The position numbers were made by a program, and so were the translations under genes. Source: the human T2T-CHM13v2.0 reference genome, Homo sapiens. From it: a stretch of 64,000 bases of DNA. Shown one piece after another: positions 1 to 23,784 of this stretch (the first letter of the stretch is position 1; each line of letters begins with the position of its first letter). The stretch lies in the NCBI RefSeq assembly GCF_009914755.1, contig NC_060940.1, one strand, 5' to 3'. The notes beneath the pieces were generated by a model. The model made no database searches. It saw only the letters and a list, made by a program, of their open reading frames with translations, and was not told the DNA's origin.

Positions 1-159
1 TTCTGTATGCTGAAATTTTCCAAAATAAGAGCTATTACAGCTGGGTGCGGTGGCTCACGCCTGTAATCCCAGCACTTTGGGAGGCCAAGGCCAGTGGATC
101 ACCTGAGATCAGGAGTTTGAGACCAGCCTGACCAACATGGTGAAACCCTATCTCTACTA

Positions 160-369
<210 letters not shown>

Positions 370-433
370 CTATGAATGGGGCTGCAACCACAGCAAGCAC
401 AGGGGAGGTGCTTAGCAAATATTCGCTGTTGAG

Positions 434-513
434 TGAGGCTGGTACAAAAGTAATTGTGGTTTTTGCCATTACTTTCAATGGCAAAAACCGCAATTAGTTC
501 TGCACCAAGCTAA
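434..513. mobile_element. MADE1 (Hsmar1-derived MITE)
   Basis: 80-bp palindrome matching the MADE1 consensus (aaaagtaattg.ggtttttgccatt...aatggcaaaaaccgcaatt). Confidence 0.92.
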
Positions 514-1296
514 TAATAAAAATGTGTGTCTGTGTGCCCTCTAAAATTATCTCACATAACCACCAGTGGTTCACACTCCACACCTGGGGAACCCACTGTG
601 TCAAGGGACAGGGGCATGAGCCAGGAGAAACTACTTGCAGAGACAAGCCACAAGGGAGGGTGAAAAGCATCATTCAGGGCCGTTCCAGGACAAAGAGTGT
701 TCCTGTGCCCACTTCTTCCACCAAAGAAGAAGACAGGACAAGCAGACCCCAGGAGCTCCCGCCCCTGGAGATGGAAAGCACTACAAGAAAGCGGAGTGTG
801 GCAAAGGCGCGACGGTGAGCGTAGCAGGGGTATGGAAAAGGAGTGTTTCTGTTTTCTTCTTACACACACCAACATTCCAATCCAAGGTAGTGGCTGAAGA
901 TAGTGTGAAGCTCAGCAAGTTCAACTCCAACTAAAAGTAATTGCTAGCTGGGTGTAGGGGCTCACGCCTCTAATCCCAGCAATTCAAGAGGCTGAGGTGG
1001 GCAGAACGCTTGAGGCCAGGAGTTTGAGGCCAGCCTGGGCAACATAGTGAGACCCTCATCTCTGCAAAAAATTAAAAATTAGTCAGGCATGGTGGTGCAT
1101 GCCTATAGTCCCAACTACTCAGGAAGCTGAGGTGGGAGGATTGCTTGAGCCTAGGAGTTCAAGGCTGCAGTGAGCTATGATCATGCTACTGCACTCCAGC
1201 CTGGGTGACAGGGTAAGACCTTGTCTCTAAAAAAGAAATAAACAAAAAAAAGCAATTGCTACTTTGGTGGGGAAGAGCATAAACAAGCTGTCATTA

Positions 1297-1542
<246 letters not shown>

Positions 1543-1800
1543 TCAATTCTTGACCTGTCACCAATGAAAACTCATTAATCTAGAAATAGGCCAGGTGTGG
1601 CTTACTTCTGAGTTCAATGTGAGACTCACCATTATTTTACATCACAATAGCAAACAAAACTGCCAACTCTGTGAGATGCTGATATGGTTTGGATGTGCAT
1701 CCCCTCCAAATCTCATGGGCTTTCCTCTCTTTGAGTGTACGTGATGTCAATTAGTATGATGAGATACACTTTCAGTTTGTCAAAAGAGAGATGATTCAAT

Positions 1801-3769
<1,969 letters not shown>

Positions 3770-3899
3770 TTATATGTATATATAATGTATAAATATATAT
3801 GTGTGTGTATATATGTGTATATATATGTGTGTATCTACACACACACACATACACACGTATAAAAATGCTGCATGGGTGAGTGTGACATAGGCAAGCTCT

Positions 3900-4260
3900 T
3901 TAACAGGTGAAGCATCAGAGACTCCTGCTAACCTGGGAGAAAGCAAACAGCCACAGGGAGAGAACAGGGCCACGTGGAAGGGACCTGAGGACGACCTCTA
4001 GGAGTTGAGTGGGGTTTCCTGCTGACAGCTAGCAGGAAAATAGGAACCTCAGTTATCTGGCTACAGGAAATTAATTCTGTTGACAACCAGGGAGTATCAC
4101 AGGCCCTGCCGATATATTGATTTTCAGTCTGGTGAGACTGAGGACTCAGCTAATCTGTACCCAGACTCCTGACCCATGGACACCTTGAGATAATAAATTT
4201 GGGTTGCTTTAGGCTGCTAAGCTTGTGGTCATCTGCTACACAGCAATAGGAAACTAAAAC
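3900..4260 (+). mobile_element. MLT1-type MaLR LTR fragment
   Basis: Ends gagataataaattt...cagcaataggaaactaaaaca. Confidence 0.75.
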
Positions 4261-5071
4261 ATCCGCATATCAAAGGACTCTGAATGATCTGGACAGAGGT
4301 TCTGGCCAGGTTCTTGTCAAGGCTTACGCAGCAGCTCAAGCCTGCTTTGTGATGAAAGAGATTTGAAACAAATCTGCTAAAGCAGAAAATGAAAATGTAA
4401 GTAGTAGGCTAAAGAAATCCAGTAAATTCTTTCTTATCCAAATCAGTGTCTATAATGACACTCCAAATTTTCTAGGCTAGAAAGCATCTCATTGGACTTA
4501 CTTTCCAAATGTTAGCCTCGTCTTCTAATGTATAGCTTGAAGACAAGCATGAGTGTTTAGCCAAGTTACAAAATACTTTTATTTGTAAAATTCACACCAT
4601 GAGTTTTCATTTTATTCCCATCTAATAGCAGAAACCCAATTGTGTTATTTCTTATTGAGTAACAGGAATGATGAAATTGGCTCTAAACCTTGTTGCTCTA
4701 TAACTGAAAAACAAAACCAACTTACATCAAAATAAAACTCCCTTTTGCTTAAACAGCAAGATTACAAATGACCTAAAATGTCTATCAATAAAGACTTAAT
4801 TGGCTTCCTTGGTAAATCAAGTAATACAAAGCAAAAATATATATAAAGAAATTAATAAATGTAAAAAAAAATTAAAAGACCAAATGAGGTAAATTACGCA
4901 CATCTAATACTGGGGAGTAATTTGCAATCATTAAAAAGAGGCAATAGTATATCTGATATACAATCATTTCCAAGATATAATGGAAAAAACAAAGGGGTAG
5001 AATAGCATTTATAATATGTTACCATTTATGTATGAGTTCACATACACCTGCCTGTGGATAAATATCTCTAG

Positions 5072-5947
<876 letters not shown>

Positions 5948-6002
5948 TTAACTCAAGTTACTGTGCTGATCTTGTTCTACTAAATTATTTAGATGACTAT
6001 TA

Positions 6003-6341
<339 letters not shown>

Positions 6342-6810
6342 TTACTGATTCATCCAACTCTGAAAGCCCCTAGAAAGTTTCTGAATATTTATGTGCAAGG
6401 GAGGGCTCAAGAGTCCCTGAGGAAGTCTCTGTAAGACAGGAGAAGGGCTCAGTGACTAACACCCAGGAAACACCAGCGCCTGAAGACAGGACCTCAGGAC
6501 AGGACTCAAGGACTTCACCAGAATGAGTTTCTCACCATCCTGTCCCTCTATCACCTGGTTTGTGACCCCTGACTAGGGACTCCTTCCCGCCGCGTCGCCC
6601 ATTTTGTAGAATGATAAGACATGAAATGAAACATCAACAGAGCAAGCCGAAGTGCTCTCAGGCCAATGGAAAGACTTCACACGTGAAGGAAAGACCTCAG
6701 TTCACATAATCTCAGGAGATTCCTTGAGCCAAAGGAAAGGACGTTTCTTTTGAAAGTTGTAGAAAGGCACCCATCCCAAGCTCCTCATCCTTATCTTTAA
6801 AATTCTATGA

Positions 6811-7175
<365 letters not shown>

Positions 7176-7520
7176 TAGAGACAGGATCTTGCTCTGTCAC
7201 CTAGGCTGGAGTTCAGTGACATAATCATGCTTCCTACAGCCTCAAATTCCTGGGCTCAAGCAATCCTCGTGCCTCAGCTTCCCAAGTAGCTGGAACTGTA
7301 GGCATGTGCCACTATGCTTGACTGTTTTTTTTTTCATTTATTGTAGAAGTGGAGTCTCACCATGTTGCCCAGGCTGGCCTCAAGTGATCCTCCTGTCTCA
7401 GCCTCTAAACATTTGGGGAATACTGGTGTGAGCCACCATGCCTGGCCTCTATAATATATTCTTACCAATCCTCCATAATCCCCAAATTAGAAGACAGATG
7501 AATCTATTTGCTTATTACTG

Positions 7521-8012
7521 ACTGCTATGGGTTGAATTGTGTCCCCCAAAAAGATATGTTGAAGTCCTAATCCCTATTACGTCAAAATGTGACCTTATTT
7601 GGAAATAGGGACACTACAGATGTAACTAGTTAAGATGAGGATATACTGGAGTAGGATGGGGCCTCTAATCCAACCAAGAATGTCCTTAAAAGCAGAGGGA
7701 AATGTGGACAAGAACACATGCACAGAAGAATGATGCCATGAGGTCACACAAGGAGGACGGCCATGTGATATGGAGGCAGAGATGGGAGCGGCACATCTAC
7801 AAGCCCAGGAATACCAAGGACTGCTGGCAACACCCGGAACTGGAAAAGCCACAGATGGATTCTCTGCCATGGGTTTCAGATGGAGCATGGCCTGGCCTAC
7901 GCCTTGACCTTGGACTGCCCAGCCTCCAGAACTGTGAGGCGATACATTTCTGTTGTTTTAAGCCACCCAATTTGTAGTACTCAATTACAGCAGCCCTAGG
8001 AAACCAACACAC
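7521..8012 (+). mobile_element. MLT1B/C-type MaLR LTR
   Basis: tgctatgggttgaattgtgtccccc ... gcagccctaggaaaccaacaca. Confidence 0.85.
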
Positions 8013-8059
8013 TGACAAAGGCATCTTTGTAAGTCTTCCCCAGGCCATTTCCTAAACAG

Positions 8060-11220
<3,161 letters not shown>

Positions 11221-12446
11221 TAAACAAGGGTAACCAGTATGTAAAAGTTAGACATTTTTATTGTATTTTAATACGCACATAATTGAACAACTGCGAGGCC
11301 TACTGTCTACAAAATGACTTTCCACAAATATCTAGTTCAGCACAGACCCCAAACGTGAAAAAGTTTCTATGGGACCACGTTTCAGACAGACGGAAGCCAC
11401 ATTTGTACTCACAGCCTGGACATCAGTGCTGCAGGCCAGGCAGGGGCCTTCAAGGAGGGTGACGCCACCAACTGGGCAGAAACCACCTTGTTCTCCAGGC
11501 TCGGTGGAGCTTCCCTTAGTTCAGCAAAGACACAGGCTGAGCTGCCCACTCCTGTGGCTCTAACTGCAAAGGAACTGCGAAGAGGAGGAAACCGCAGCAT
11601 CGGCTCACATCCAACCATCAGTCGGAGTCAGTTCCCCCAACCACACCAACCAGCCTTTGCAGGCAGAATTGGATTAACCAAGCACCAACAGACAGATATC
11701 TGTGCAATTCTTGGAAAGTCGAGAAGATTTTCATTGATATGATCTCATTTAGGCCAGGCGCAGTGGCTCACGCCACAGTAATCCCGGCACTTTGAGAGAC
11801 CAAGGTGCGCAGATCACCTGAGGTCAGGAGTTCAAGATCCACATGGCCAACATGATGAAACCCTATCTCTAATAAAAATACAAAAATCAGTGGGGGGCGG
11901 TGGCGGGTGCCTGTAGTCCCAGGTTCTTGGGAGGCTGAGTGAGGCAGGAGAATCACTTAAACCCCGGAGGCGGAGGTTACAGTGAGCCAAGATTGTGCCA
12001 CTGCACTCCAGCCTGGACAACAGAGTGACAACCTGTTTCAAAAACAAAACAAAACAAAACAAAAAAATCTAATTTAATCCTGATGACAGCCAAAGAATAT
12101 GGGACATCTACCCTACCATCCCCCCACCTTCAATGAGTCCTAAACCCTTGTCACCTGAAGGTCCCTCTCTAAGCAGGAGATCACGGTGCCTTCTCCCCTC
12201 CAGGCACCCAAATACTTGACTTCCTCCGAGGCTGGCTCTTCCATTAGGCTTCTGTGGCTTCACCCAGACCCGCACTAACAACTTCACTCCTTCCCTCTGA
12301 ATTTCTACACTGTGATGAATCAGAAGATGTGAGTGACATGAAAACACTTCTGGCATTTTGTCAAAGGGGGGCTGTACTGGCTGGGCATGGTGACTCATGC
12401 CTGTAATCCCAGCACTTTGGGAGGCTGAGACAGGCAGATCACTTTA

Positions 12447-12968
<522 letters not shown>

Positions 12969-13094
12969 CTAAGATTTTCTTTGAAAGCAACATCAACTTG
13001 ATAACATGTATGTGCCACTGGGACTGTGTGGTGGTGAAGAGCCCAGGCAGGGGGGTCACAGGGCCAGTGTGCAGTCTCAGCTCCACCAGACACT

Positions 13095-13496
13095 ACTGTA
13101 GCAATGGGTAGAATGGTGTGATGTTTTTACCAAGAAATTCGTTACTTAGTTTTTCCCCCTCCTTTCTTTTTTAGAGTTGCAAATGCACTTAAAAAAGGAA
13201 ATATATCTCTTTCACAAATGGGTATGATTCTCGATTGCTATAAAGTAAGAAGGTAACTAAAAAAAAGCACAAAACAGTGTTACTAAATTCCTGCCCAATA
13301 AGCTTAAGGGTTGCTCTTCGCTGGTTAAAAACAGGGGTTACTAAAGGTCAAGGAGGTGTTCGTGGCATACCGACACTGCTAGAAACCCTCTCCTTGACTT
13401 GTTCAGAAGGATTGCAAGAGGTTGCCAAAGGGAACATCTTCTTTTTTGTTTGTTTTTTTGTTTTTTGAGACGGAGTTTCGCTCTTGTCGCCCAGGC
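13095..13496. repeat. Inverted duplication, derived arm (402 bp)
   Basis: Reverse complement of 14102-14508 with ~5 substitutions and 2 small indels; interrupts a MIR-like remnant; no TSD. Confidence 0.97.
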
Positions 13497-13790
13497 GTGA
13501 CCTTGGGCAGATTAATACCCTCTGTGCTTTAGGTGACTCCTCTAGCCTCATCTTCTCTGCTGCACAGGAGAAAAGGCAGCACCTGAGGAGGTGAGAGCTG
13601 GCCAGGTCTTCATTGAAAAGGAAGATAGAGAAAAAGCCTTGATTCTCCTGCAGGCTCCAGCCTAGGGCTGGGTATTGGTCAGTACCTTAAACATGGCAGA
13701 TCAGACTCCTGTCGTCCTCCCAGGCAGGGGAGGGACTGTGTGCTTCCCTGAGCCAGCAGATACGGGGCATCCACATCTCCAGAGGACTTA

Positions 13791-14508
<718 letters not shown>

Positions 14509-14535
14509 TTCTTGAGATCTCCAACAGCCTAGAAC

Positions 14536-14732
14536 TGTGCTGTCCAGCATGGTAGCCACCGGCTGCATGTGACTATGGTCATTTCTATTAACTAAAATTA
14601 AAAATTCAGTTCTTCAGTTGTACTCTCCACATTTTAAGTGCTCAAGAGCCACATGTAGCTAAGGGCTACTGTATTGGATGGCACAACCCTAGAGTGTTTC
14701 CCCCATCATAGAAAGTTCTACCGGACAGCACT
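14536..14732 (-). mobile_element. MER3 (hAT-Charlie)
   Basis: ctgtgctgtcca...gtagccac and catagaaagttcta..ggacagcac termini. Confidence 0.8.
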
Positions 14733-14770
14733 AGCCTAGAATGCCACTCACAGCTCACCTGGCTACTCAC

Positions 14771-14885
14771 CTGATGGCAGTGCTAAAAGGCCTGGCTTCT
14801 CTTCAAGTACTGGGCGCTTGGCAGGCTTGGGGAAGCCTAGGGGATCCTTCAGGGCACCCCAAAGGGTTATGCCTCTTGGAGAGGC
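14771..14885 (-). pseudogene. NCOA5-like pseudo-exon 11 (...ALKDPLGFPKPAKRPVLEEKPGLLALPS)
   Basis: Pyrimidine tract plus ggcag acceptor and consensus CAG|gtgagt donor; 115 nt, implying one +1 shift if phase 1-1. Confidence 0.7.
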
Positions 14886-15122
14886 CTGCCACAAGCAGGG
14901 GAGGGAAAAACAGACCTTCGGGGTTGACCAGTCCTGCAGAGAACAAAAACAAAAATATAGACAGGGGTAAACATGATAAATCCAGTTCTGGCTGCTCTCC
15001 CCAAAGGGATCTTTCTTCATCTTTAGAGAGGGGCTAAGTAGGAAGTAACCTGCCACTCCCGCCAGGCTCTGACTTAGCCCTGCAAGCTCCACCAAGTCTT
15101 CTTTAGACCCAGAGAAAGCCAT

Positions 15123-15980
<858 letters not shown>

Positions 15981-16044
15981 AGTCTGAGCCTGTGGTAATG
16001 TCCTGGTCCTCCATTCTCCTTTGTACAAGGGGGTTTCGTTCTAA

Positions 16045-16410
<366 letters not shown>

Positions 16411-17297
16411 TGAGCCACCACACCCAGCCTGGAACACATATTCTTAAACATTCAAAGCAGTGAAGTTCCCAGATGCGCCATTAATGGCTGAAATCCTCTG
16501 CTCCTCAAAAGCTGGCCTCCCTCCAGCCATCCAGAATACTGGCCTGGCACACCACCCAGCACCCAGCCTTGTCCCTCTTGGACAGGCAGGCTGTCCGGCA
16601 CAGCCCTTACCCTGCTACACAAGACATTTTCTCAAAGTGCTTACCATAAAGGCCCTGAACCGGGCCTTTTGTGAAGGTCAGAAAGAGCTTTGTTCCTAAA
16701 CTAATGGCAAGGATGGGAGGCAAATGAGAGCAGAAAGATTTCTTCCTGAGCCCTTCTCCCCATTCTCTGCTCACTCCTCACAGGAAAAGTCCAGGTACTC
16801 ACAATGGGCCTGTGGGTGAGCCAAGAGGGGGCCTGAAGCAGGAGACACACCCAGTCTTAGGGAGGCTTGAGCCCATCGGGAGTTGGGAGGCTGAGTCCAG
16901 AGGCCCAGGGAGTGAGGGGAGGACCAGTGGAAGGAAGGGAAAAAGGAAAGGCACAAGAGCAAGGAAGCCCAAATAGGAGGGCATGGGGGTGGGGAGGCAG
17001 AACCGGACTCTCACCCATCTCCAAAGGCAACAGGTCAAAAGGGGGTGGGGCACAGAAATGCTCCCCCGCAGGGCTGAGGATCGTCAATACAGGCTGACCT
17101 TGACAATCAAAGGCCTGCACATGTACAGCTTCCAAAGCAAGCTGGCATATTCCCTCTATTTGAATCCCCAACAGCAGTCAAGGTTGAAATGTTGTGCTCA
17201 TAAGAAAGATTTTTGGCTCAAAAATTCCCGGTTCCCATAAAAGGTCAAAGCTGTATTTGACTCTTATTTACAAAGACATCCCCAGATCTAAATTTTA

Positions 17298-17807
<510 letters not shown>

Positions 17808-17840
17808 TCATCTGTTGTGTCCCTAGGGGGAAGCACTGAG

Positions 17841-18034
17841 CTGGCAGTGGAAGGAGGTGTCCACCAGGCCTATCACCTCACAAACGGGACTTGACAGGAG
17901 CTGAAGGAGGGACCCAGGAAGGATTTCCTGCCAGGAGTTGGAAGAAGTGGAGGCAGCTTGCCCACAATGGGGGGGATTCCTGCCTTGAAATGAGGAATGC
18001 TCACTGCTGGCTGAAGGATCCAGCATCTCCAAGC
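17841..18034 (-). pseudogene. NCOA5-like pseudo-exon 10 (GLEMLDPS...KLPPLLPTPGRKSFLGP...GDRPGGHLLPLP)
   Basis: Strong ttttcttcctttttccag acceptor, phase 1. Frameshifts. Inferred donor CCAG|ctcagt (GT>CT); alternative donor GAG|gtgata at 17876. Confidence 0.6.
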
Positions 18035-18846
18035 CTGGAAAAAGGAAGAAAACAAACGGTTAGCAGAAGTCTGCAGTCCAAGCCAGCAAGCCACACAAAG
18101 AACAACAGCCTACTCAAGAAAGATCTTCACGTTCACTGACTTTGAGATTTCTATAATCAAAAAGAAACAAGACTGCTGTGTTTTAAATTCATGGGTTCCC
18201 CCTGCCCTGAGAAAGTAGGTACAATAAAATTGCACCAAAATCAATCACATTCTGTGTTTTGTAAGATAAACAATTTCTTTACGGCTTTAACATGGTCCTA
18301 TAACACAGCCTGCTTCTTTTTCCTAAAAGGGACAAGTGATTATTATTCTCTTCTCACCCACTTAACTCAAAACAAGCAAACGAAAAAGTCACTACTTCAA
18401 GGGTTTGGCTTCTAATTGGAATGCTCTTTAAAGTCTTTAAGATTAAGCAGGAGTGGTGGCTCATGCCTGTAGTCCCAGCTATTCCAGAGGCTGAATGAAG
18501 CAGGAGGATCGCTTTAGCCCAGGAGTTCAAGACCAGCCTGGGTAACATAGCAAGACCCTGTCTCAAAAAATAAAATAAAACCTTCAAGATTAGGAGTTGC
18601 TTCTTCACATTTACCATGTACTTAAAAGTAACCTTACAAATGTCTCAATTAAAAACTGAAATCTAGGCCAGGTACAGTGTCTCATGCTTGTAATCCCAGC
18701 ACTTTGGGAGGCCAATGTGGGTGGGGTGGATCACTTAAGGTCAGGAGTTTGAGACCAGCCTGGCCAACATGGCAAAATCCTGTCTCTACTAAAAATACAA
18801 AAATTAGCCATGTGTGGTGGTGTGTGCCTGTAATCCCAGCTACTCA

Positions 18847-18978
<132 letters not shown>

Positions 18979-19345
18979 CTATTAAAAAATAAAACTAAAA
19001 ACAAAAACTGAAATATAGAATCAGGAAAATAAACTGATAGGGAACTGGAACTATTTCTTACACATCCATCTATCTTTAGAGGTCATTCTATTTATATATT
19101 TAAAATCTGTTTCAAAAGAAAATTTAGCTTTAGAAGAAGCATTTTTGTCCATAAAGGTGAAATACTGAAACAGTCTATTCCTATCTGAAACACACTCAAA
19201 TCCAATGCCTCTGTAGGATATACACATTACAGAGGCACATTCTCTCATAAAGGAAAATTTTTTTGGTTTTCCTTCACAAATGGATGTGCAGAAAAAGGAC
19301 TTTCTGGTATCTGAAATGGGAGGGAAAAGGGACAGCACCAAATAC

Positions 19346-19619
19346 CTCCCAGTTGTCCTTTTCTGGTCTTCAGGCAGTCAGTGATCAGGCTCAACTCATC
19401 CCTGTACAAATGTGTCCCCAAATTTAACAGGAAGAGAAGGTGCTGAGTGCACGGAGGCTGGGGTGGCTACGGTGGCACTCCTGTCCTGGAATGTCATCTG
19501 CCTGCTCTCCAGCCCTCTGAGAAACTGCAGGACATTCCTGCTGCTCCCACTTAGCAAGAAATCTCCTAAGTGCTTCAGTCACCAGCCCCGGTGCATCCTC
19601 GAGGGCACAGGACGATGTA
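19346..19619 (-). pseudogene. NCOA5-like pseudo-exon 9 (HRPVPLEDA...TRKGQLG, phase 1-1)
   Basis: Inferred ancestral acceptor now reads ccctGG; donor GAG|gtattt intact. 274 nt = 276-2, matching the two -1 frameshifts needed to restore NCOA5 similarity. Confidence 0.85.
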
Positions 19620-20228
19620 CCAGGGACAAGAAGAGCCTGTTTTACCACACGGGCGCCCTGATTTTTAAAAAACACATTTACAAAAAAGGAGAAAAAACCA
19701 TCAGAAAACACAATTAATCTAGCCACAAGTTGTTTAAACTGTCTCTGCTTTTTGGTGGAGCTGTGACTGTCTATGGATGAGAGTGACTAGGACTCGCAGC
19801 AGCAGGGACTCTGAAGGGTTTCAAAATCAAACATTCCATTCTGTTTCAAAACCATAACAACTGGCAGCGTGGCTCCCCACTTCCACACAAACCCTCATTT
19901 CACAAGTGGACACCTCCAGGCTAGGCTGACGGGGTGGGGTCGGGGGGATGGAGGTGCTGTGTGTCAATGGGAATTCTTATGTCTAAACAAACCTGGCCTA
20001 AAAAAGGGTGAACACTGCTGGCTATTCAAAGACTAAAAAAATGAACTCAAAAGGAGAAGGTGTTTTATTTGGTTCCAGCATCAGGGTGCACAACTGAGAT
20101 GTGTGTGATTCACAGAAGAAAGAGCCAGGGGCTGGGAATGGCAGCCTTTCCAGAGCGGAGTGGGGACTAGAGAGAGTGTGGCAAGGGACCGCTGTTTTTC
20201 TTTTTCTCTTTTTTTTTTTTTTTTTTGA

Positions 20229-20333
<105 letters not shown>

Positions 20334-22436
20334 TGAGTAGTGGGATTACAGGTATGCGCCACCACGCACGACTAAGTTTGTATTTTTAGTAGAGACGGCA
20401 TTTCACCATGTTGGTTGGGCTGGTCTCGAACTCCTAACCTCAGGTGATCCACCTGCCTTGGCCTCCCAAGTGCTGGGATTACACGTGTGAGCAACTGTGC
20501 CCGGCTTGACCGATGTTTTTCATTGTGAACCTTGTACTGCTCATTTTTCCTCTAACTTTGTACAGGCAATGCATTAATAAAACAGATAGACAAACAGATG
20601 GACGTGCCAATGCTGGGCTTCAAGCACCCTCACTGCAGCATGCAGGGTAACCCACTTCCTCTGCGTGGTTCTGCTGTCTTCAGCTCAGCCCTGTGGGATC
20701 TTAAGCCATGGAAAGGCCTTTCCAGGTCAGGTTGGGAATGCTCCAGGCTCTAAATACTACATATAAAATAAACTTGAGACACCAAGAGTGGCTTTCCCAT
20801 AACTTAATGATTGTAGTCAACACATAGATGTCTTGTAATCTCTCCCAGGTTTATCTGCTGAGAATAAGACTTCATAAAAGTTTAATCTTGGACGGGAGTC
20901 CCCTACCCTGGCTTGCCATAGATCATCAAGTTCTGAACAAATTTAGCACCCAAAAGGCATACAGAGCTGCAGTGGAGATTACAGCATTGGCTAAATCTTA
21001 AACTGTGTCTATTAAGGTTACATTCAGGAAGAAACAGGAATACGTATTTGCCTTCAGGCTCTGAAGTTTCATTGTTTGACTGTTTTAAGTATTTGTCTTG
21101 GCACATGCTTCTTAATAATGGCCGCATGCAAAGTATGAAATGAACTGTTGGCCACAAAGCATTGTGAAAGAGAACCCAGCTAAGAGTAATTTACTAAAAC
21201 AGATGTAGCTTTCTGGAGAAAACAGTATTCTTTTTATTTATGATTTGAGTTCAATAATTAAATTAATGGATGACAAATGAAATGTGTCCCTAACAATACT
21301 ATTCTGGACACGAAAAAGAAACTATTTTCTGAATTTGTAATATGTTAAAAGTAAATTATATGCTTTTTTGAAGTAGCGCTAGTTTTGTTGAAGTATTTTA
21401 GTAGTCAACAAATTATTCAACCTACTTACTTCAGTGATAATTTCCTAAATGATCTTGCACGAATGTAAACACTTAAGTAACTAGACGTAATTAGTCCTTT
21501 TCCACAACCAGCTCAAATTAAACTGTTCCTCACGCCAGGAGACTGGGATCTGTACTTAGTGAAAGTCTGTGTTCTTTTACATTTCCAGAACTTATGTATG
21601 ACATAAATGTGGGTTAGATTGATAAATTAAATTAGCCATTATTAGCTGAGAAAAACCATAATTTTACACTCTTGAGAGTAGTGTGGAGCAAGAGCTGGCC
21701 AGGTGGAGATACGGAAGCACAGTAAATAGAAAGGTGGGAATAGAGTTGTCCCGGCATCCCTGAGATGATGGGGCACAAATGTCCTTCACTTTTCACTCTT
21801 CAGACCCAATATTATGCCTGGATTTAGAACACTAACCCTGCATTCCCTTCTCTGCAGGCTCTGGAAGCTACAGGTATGATATAAATCTAGCTACTGGTGC
21901 TCTCTACACTCAAGGGAAGGTTCGCCCAACCTAGCAATGAAAATCCAACGCTGCTAAGGAGACATGAGCTGGGACGGATGATCCAGGGCCTGTTGGAGAA
22001 GTCTGCCTGATGGCTGCTTACCTACAGAGAAAAGAAGCAGCACTGGCCTGACATCATTCACAGTGCCTAGCATACAGGAGGCACTCAATATGTCTGAACT
22101 GACTAGAGCAGTACCGGGAACTTCTGCAAAGAAGAAAGGAATGGAAAACCCATGTTTGTTGGGATGGGATTGCAGGTGAGCTGTAAAGGAGGCTCTTTGC
22201 AAGGCAGCCCCCTCCCCTCTTGAAAGGGAGAGGAACAGCAGTTTAAGTGCCTGCAGCTGGGAGGAATACCATTCCCAGTGTCCATCTACTGTCCAGGGCA
22301 GGAGATGGGGCTGAGACAGGTGGAAGCAGCAGGTGTGACCAGGAAGAAGGAGATGAAGGGTGGTCTAGAATGTGTTCATCTGCCTAAGTCTGTATATTCT
22401 AGGGAGGAGAAGAGTGGTCATTTTTGTGCATTCTCA

Positions 22437-22875
<439 letters not shown>

Positions 22876-23089
22876 CTAATATATTGGCTGAGATGTTTTG
22901 GGTTCTTAAGTAAGAAGCAATGAAAATGATGTAAGCTTCAGTTATTAGTAATACACAGGAGAGTACTTTGTGATTTTTTTTCCGCAATTAGATTCAGTTT
23001 AGTCATTGACCAACATGAACCTTCAAAGTGTACCGGTGTACAAAGAAAAAACATTACATTTTTTAAGTAGGATATATTTTAAGTGATGT

Positions 23090-23285
23090 GATAGACTTTT
23101 GAAGCATAATTAAGGTGCAAGAAAAAAAGTTTTACGTTGGACTGTTCAACAAGAATACATAATGGGGAACCATCATCTTTCACTCCTTGGAGTGCACAAG
23201 TAAGACCCAATCAGAGGTAAGGTGGATTGTTTCCACCACGAGGCCATGATCCCACAAACGATGACCTATAACTGCTGCATATTCC
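23090..23285 (-). pseudogene. NCOA5-like pseudo-exon 8 (anticodon-binding-like domain core)
   Basis: ttttaag acceptor. About 21/61 identities, gap-free, to recalled NCOA5 after correcting a -1 shift (~23211) and a +1 shift (T7 run, 23122-23128). Donor absent, so the 3' end is approximate. Confidence 0.85.
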
Positions 23286-23784
23286 CTTAAAACACACACA
23301 CACAAGGTTACTTTCAGTCAAAGAAAAGAATCTATGTCACCAAGCAGTTGTTATATAGATAATTTGATCCACAAATTTAAGTAAGTAAGGGATAAGATCC
23401 TATATTTTTACTGTATTTAGGTAAGTGAGATATAAGATGTTATACATTTTTTTAAATCATGCATGGGCTCAGCACGGTGGCTCACACCTGTAATCCCAGC
23501 ACTTTGGGAGGCCAAGGCAGGAGAATCATTTGAGCCCAGGAGTTCAAGACCAGCCTGGGCAACATAGTAAGACCCCCCCATCTCTACAAATAATTTAAAA
23601 AAAATTTAACCGAGCATGGTGGCATGTGCCTGTGGTCCCAACTACTCTAGAGACTGAGGCAGGAGGATCACTTGAGCCTGGGTGGTTGAAGCTATGGTGA
23701 GCTATGATCACACCACTGTACTCCAGCTTGGGTGACACAGCAAGACCCTGTCTCAAAAAAAAAAAATCACGCAAGTCTCACAAC

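Noticed and set aside
16857-17171. Pro-rich 104-aa minus-strand ORF between exons 10 and 11
   Set aside because: Poor acceptor and no motif similarity; explained by G-rich composition.
19051-19341. 96-aa minus-strand ORF with a tttcag acceptor at 19311
   Set aside because: The acceptor is only 35 nt after the exon-9 donor, too short for an intron, and there is no recognisable homology.
23015-23045. TACACCGGTACA (HRY) resembling the HRNMP motif
   Set aside because: No AG acceptor and no continuing similarity; the version at 19619 continues into LEDA and the helices.
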